Of a stretch of 10,746 nt of DNA, positions 8,010 to 10,746 are shown piece by piece (positions within the stretch are counted from its first letter, which is position 1; every line of letters begins with the position of its first letter). A program made the position numbers and the translations under genes. The DNA lies in assembly GCA_048941265.1 (NCBI GenBank), contig JBHLNT010000115.1, forward strand, positions 2,547-13,292, in the 5' to 3' direction. Below the pieces are notes generated by a model. It was given only the letters and a program-made list of their open reading frames with translations, did not search any database and was not told the origin of the DNA. Source of the DNA: Promethearchaeota archaeon. Its GTDB lineage: Archaea; Asgardarchaeota; Lokiarchaeia; Sigyniarchaeales; SOKP01.

Positions 8010-8837
8010 ATGCCTATATTAGGAATTGATGATGATACATGTATAAAATGCCTAACATGCATAACCACATGCGCCAGATCTTTATTTAAAATTATAAATC
8101 AAGAAAAAATAGAATTTAATGACCCTCAAAATCGTTGTATTCTATGTGGGCATTGTATTGCCAGATGCCCTGAGAATGCTATTCTATATGAGAATATGGG
8201 GCAATCCTTTTCTTATAATGAAATCAATAATCCCGAAAAAATTCTTCAATATAATGATATATTTAAATTTCTTCTTGTTCATCGCTCAATTCGGCGCTAT
8301 AAGAAAGATAAAGTATCAATAGAGTTATTACAAAAGGTGTTTGATGCCATGCAATACGCTCCGACAGCTAGTAATATGAGATCTGAGCATTTTTCAATAT
8401 TATCTGATAAGGATAAAATAAAAAAATTATCTGATGCAGTCATTACAGAGCTTCTTAAGGACCCTATATTAAATGAAAAGTATGGGGGGAGATTTAAAGT
8501 CCTTAAATCCGAGTTTCGCAGCCCTATTTTTTTCGATTCTCCACATATAATTTTTGTCTCCTCACCAGTAGATACAGATATTGAAGCAAATAACATTGGA
8601 ATTATCGTTTCATATGGCAGGTTAGCCGCACATGCACTTGGATTAGGAACTTGTTGGAATGCTTGGACTCAGATTGCTATGGCCTCTAATCCTGAAATAA
8701 GAAAATTGGCTGGTATTTATTACTCAAAAATAGGGGTTTTTACGATAGGATACCCAGATGTGATCTTCTATCGTACAGCTCCACGTACCATGAAACAGAT
8801 TAAAGGATTTGAAAATCTAAATTTAATAAAAAATTAA
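8010..8837 (+). CDS. Nitroreductase family protein with N-terminal 2x[4Fe-4S] ferredoxin domain
   Basis: CIKCLTCITTC and CILCGHCIARCP ferredoxin motifs. Nitroreductase motifs RSIRRY, APTASN, AAHALGLGTCW and IGYP. ATG 8010 preferred over track GTG 7998 because AGGTGG (7996-8001) is positioned as an SD for it. Confidence 0.9.
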   Translation: MPILGIDDDTCIKCLTCITTCARSLFKIINQEKIEFNDPQNRCILCGHCIARCPENAILYENMGQSFSYNEINNPEKILQYNDIFKFLLVHRSIRRYKKDKVSIELLQKVFDAMQYAPTASNMRSEHFSILSDKDKIKKLSDAVITELLKDPILNEKYGGRFKVLKSEFRSPIFFDSPHIIFVSSPVDTDIEANNIGIIVSYGRLAAHALGLGTCWNAWTQIAMASNPEIRKLAGIYYSKIGVFTIGYPDVIFYRTAPRTMKQIKGFENLNLIKN

Positions 8838-8838
8838 C

Positions 8839-8857
8839 AAAAAGAAAAGAAAAAAAT
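8839..8857 (-). terminator. Putative oligo-T terminator in the convergent gap
   Basis: Minus strand reads TTTTTTTCTTTTCTTTTT shortly after the stop of the 8871..9479 gene. Confidence 0.4.
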
Positions 8858-8870
8858 AGTAAAATATAAT

Positions 8871-9479
8871 TTATTCGTCTAATTTGGTACCACATAAAGC
8901 ACAATAGTTAACATCTGGTCTTTCTATGAAATTTGCTCCACAATTAGGACAAAAATGAACTTCTTCTGTTTGAATAGGTTTTACTTCTGGTTTCTTTCGA
9001 GGTTCCATTAAGGAAGCGATAATTAAATGAAAACCAAAAGCAATTCCCCATCCAATTATTGCAAATGCGCTCCAAGGAAATCGACTGAATAATACATTTA
9101 TAACAATCAGAAAGATACTTATTGATATGTAAAACCAAGCATGAGTTATGAAGAGCCATCCAAAATAAGGTCTTTGCCTAATTTTCGAAAGGAATTGTAT
9201 TTTATTATTATAAGATAAATACAAGGTTATATGCCATCCGCAGGCAAATCCCCATCCGAAAAATGCAAAAATTGGCCAGAAGAATCTCAATCCTGTTCTA
9301 CTTACCCCAATAGCCCAAATTAACGTTAATAGTCCCATTACAGAAAAATATAAAAATGCATGAAGAGTTGTAGGGGTACGTGAGAATAACCTTGCGAATC
9401 CTTTTAGTTGCACGGGATTTTTAGCTTGATTTTGGTTGATTACTTCATTTTTATAATTTACCATTACTTCTTGACTCAT
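8871..9479 (-). CDS. Membrane protein with two tandem 2TM domains and a C-terminal zinc ribbon
   Basis: Two repeats of H-x3-Y...hydrophobic...W-[PS]...GWG-x5-H (HAFLYF...FFWPIFAFFGWGFACGWH; HAWFYI...FPWSAFAIIGWGIAFGFH), then FCPNCG-x11-CALCG. SD AAGGAGTG at 9488-9495. Confidence 0.8.
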   Translation of the reverse strand: MSQEVMVNYKNEVINQNQAKNPVQLKGFARLFSRTPTTLHAFLYFSVMGLLTLIWAIGVSRTGLRFFWPIFAFFGWGFACGWHITLYLSYNNKIQFLSKIRQRPYFGWLFITHAWFYISISIFLIVINVLFSRFPWSAFAIIGWGIAFGFHLIIASLMEPRKKPEVKPIQTEEVHFCPNCGANFIERPDVNYCALCGTKLDE

Positions 9480-9687
9480 TTTTTAAACACTCCTTATTGT
9501 TTTTTTGAATAAAAATAATGTTTTAGTTTAATTATTATAGCGAACGGTATTATATATGAGAATTGGAGTCCATTTTTTATTGACTTTGAATTCTACATGC
9601 TTCTAATACAAAATAAATAAGTTATCCCTCACGTGATATATAAAAAATAAAAATAAAATTAAATAAAAACTGAAGTTGAAATTAAAT

Positions 9688-10050
9688 TTAATCTATATTA
9701 CTGCCACATAATGCACAGTAGTTCATTCCCTCTCGATCAATTTCTATTCCACAATTATGACAAAAATTAATTTTAGTTTTTTCAAGTTCTATTGGTTTAA
9801 ATTCAAGAGAATTACTAGTAGAAATACTTTGCATTAGGGAATTGGAATTGTTACTGTAATCTTTCAGTTGTTTTGGTAAACATTTGGTTTCACAATAAAT
9901 ACATCGGTCTTTTTTCTTATCAATATGATATAAAATATAAATCACAAGTCCAAGTCCAGTAAACGCTAATAGAAATGCTAATAAAAAGCTAAAATCTTCT
10001 CTCTTAGTAAGAGTATTCTTTTCACAATTAGGGCAATACATCAATGACAT
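9688..10050 (-). CDS. LITAF-like membrane-inserted zinc-ribbon protein with additional C-terminal zinc ribbon
   Basis: CPNC, a hydrophobic stretch of about 22 aa with central TGLG, CIYC, a Ser/Asn-rich linker, then FCHNCG...YCALCG. Clear SD GGAGGT at 10057-10062. Confidence 0.75.
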   Translation of the reverse strand: MSLMYCPNCEKNTLTKREDFSFLLAFLLAFTGLGLVIYILYHIDKKKDRCIYCETKCLPKQLKDYSNNSNSLMQSISTSNSLEFKPIELEKTKINFCHNCGIEIDREGMNYCALCGSNID

Positions 10051-10056
10051 TATTTT

Positions 10057-10062
10057 ACCTCC
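10057..10062 (-). promoter_or_regulatory. Shine-Dalgarno site GGAGGT
   Basis: GGAGGT-AAAATA-ATG immediately upstream of the 10050 start. Confidence 0.7.
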
Positions 10063-10182
10063 ATATTTTATAATTTCTTTCTAATAATATCTTAAATTAA
10101 AATTAGAAGAGGTAATATTAGAATAATTTAGAGTCCAATCTTTATAAGATTAAAAAAGTAGTAAAGTCACATTTAATAAATA

Positions 10183-10554
10183 TTAAATTTTACTACCACA
10201 ATTTGGACAGAAGTTTTGCGTTTTCTCATCTAAATCTGCTCCACATAAGGGACAATACTTGACTTGCTCCCCCTCAACTATTTCAACTGGTAAAACTTCT
10301 TTTTTCTCATGCTGTTGATAAGTAATTTGCTTTGGAGTTGGCGTTTGTTGATCTAAAATTGAACTTACCACTGTTCCACAATGAACACATCGATTTTTAG
10401 GCTTCGAATAATAAATAATTAAGTAAATAATGAAACCTATTCCCCCCGTAAAGAGTAAAAGTATTATTGCTAACCATGTATCAATTTCTTGACGTCTAAG
10501 TGATACATTTTGTTTGCAATGCTCACAATACCCTATTGGAGTTGTTGATGGCAA
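10183..10554 (-). CDS. LITAF-like membrane-inserted zinc-ribbon protein with additional C-terminal zinc ribbon (paralog of 9688..10050)
   Basis: CEHC, WLAIILLLFTGGIGFIIYLIIYY, CVHC, a Gln/Pro/Thr linker, then YCPLCG...FCPNCG. TTG start. Confidence 0.75.
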   Translation of the reverse strand: MPSTTPIGYCEHCKQNVSLRRQEIDTWLAIILLLFTGGIGFIIYLIIYYSKPKNRCVHCGTVVSSILDQQTPTPKQITYQQHEKKEVLPVEIVEGEQVKYCPLCGADLDEKTQNFCPNCGSKI

Positions 10555-10746
10555 AATTAATTAACCGATTAAATCTATCTTATTAATTTAAAATTAAAAC
10601 TATGTTATTAAAAATGATGTTATTATATATTTTTATTCTTTAAGAAAAGAACCCTTTTAATATAAAGTTAAAGCATCTTTATTTACTATAAAAAGTAATA
10701 TATCTTAAAAGGGACTATAATTTCATTAAATTAACTTTTATTGTAA

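Noticed and set aside
8119-8596. ORFs 8119..8322 (+) and 8297..8596 (-)
   Set aside because: Alternative-frame and antisense ORFs within the nitroreductase gene.
8944-9159. 71-aa - strand ORF with several Cys
   Set aside because: Alternative frame inside the 2TM gene; the Cys residues are by-products and the main frame is intact.
1-10746. Selenocysteine/pyrrolysine recoding, CRISPR arrays, tRNA/rRNA, IS elements
   Set aside because: No in-frame TGA/TAG interrupts any recognised gene (the aroK/DUF364 junction is TAA). No regularly spaced repeats, GC-rich structured RNA segments, transposase motifs or terminal inverted repeats were seen.
10555-10746. AT-rich right end
   Set aside because: No credible ORF or structure; appears to be promoter/intergenic DNA.

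Overview
AT-rich (about 30% GC by eye) prokaryotic chromosomal region with no RNA genes, CRISPR array or mobile element. The gene families, GGAGGT/GGGGTG ribosome-binding sites, TATA-like promoters and oligo-T tracts suggest an archaeon, most plausibly an Asgard/Lokiarchaeia lineage (inference, not proven). Left to right: a TLP1-like thiolase-fold gene running off the left edge (absent from the ORF track); a divergent GH57 glycoside hydrolase; a 56-aa zinc-ribbon microprotein (also absent from the track); a DUF364 gene that probably starts at CTG just after the stop of a bacterial-type shikimate kinase (aroK); divergent aroE followed by a DODA/YgiD extradiol dioxygenase, a DUF362 protein with an extra Cys-rich C-terminal module, and a ferredoxin-nitroreductase fusion; and three minus-strand small membrane proteins (one tandem-2TM, two LITAF-like) that end in the same zinc-ribbon module. 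That last cluster is the best candidate for an undescribed system.
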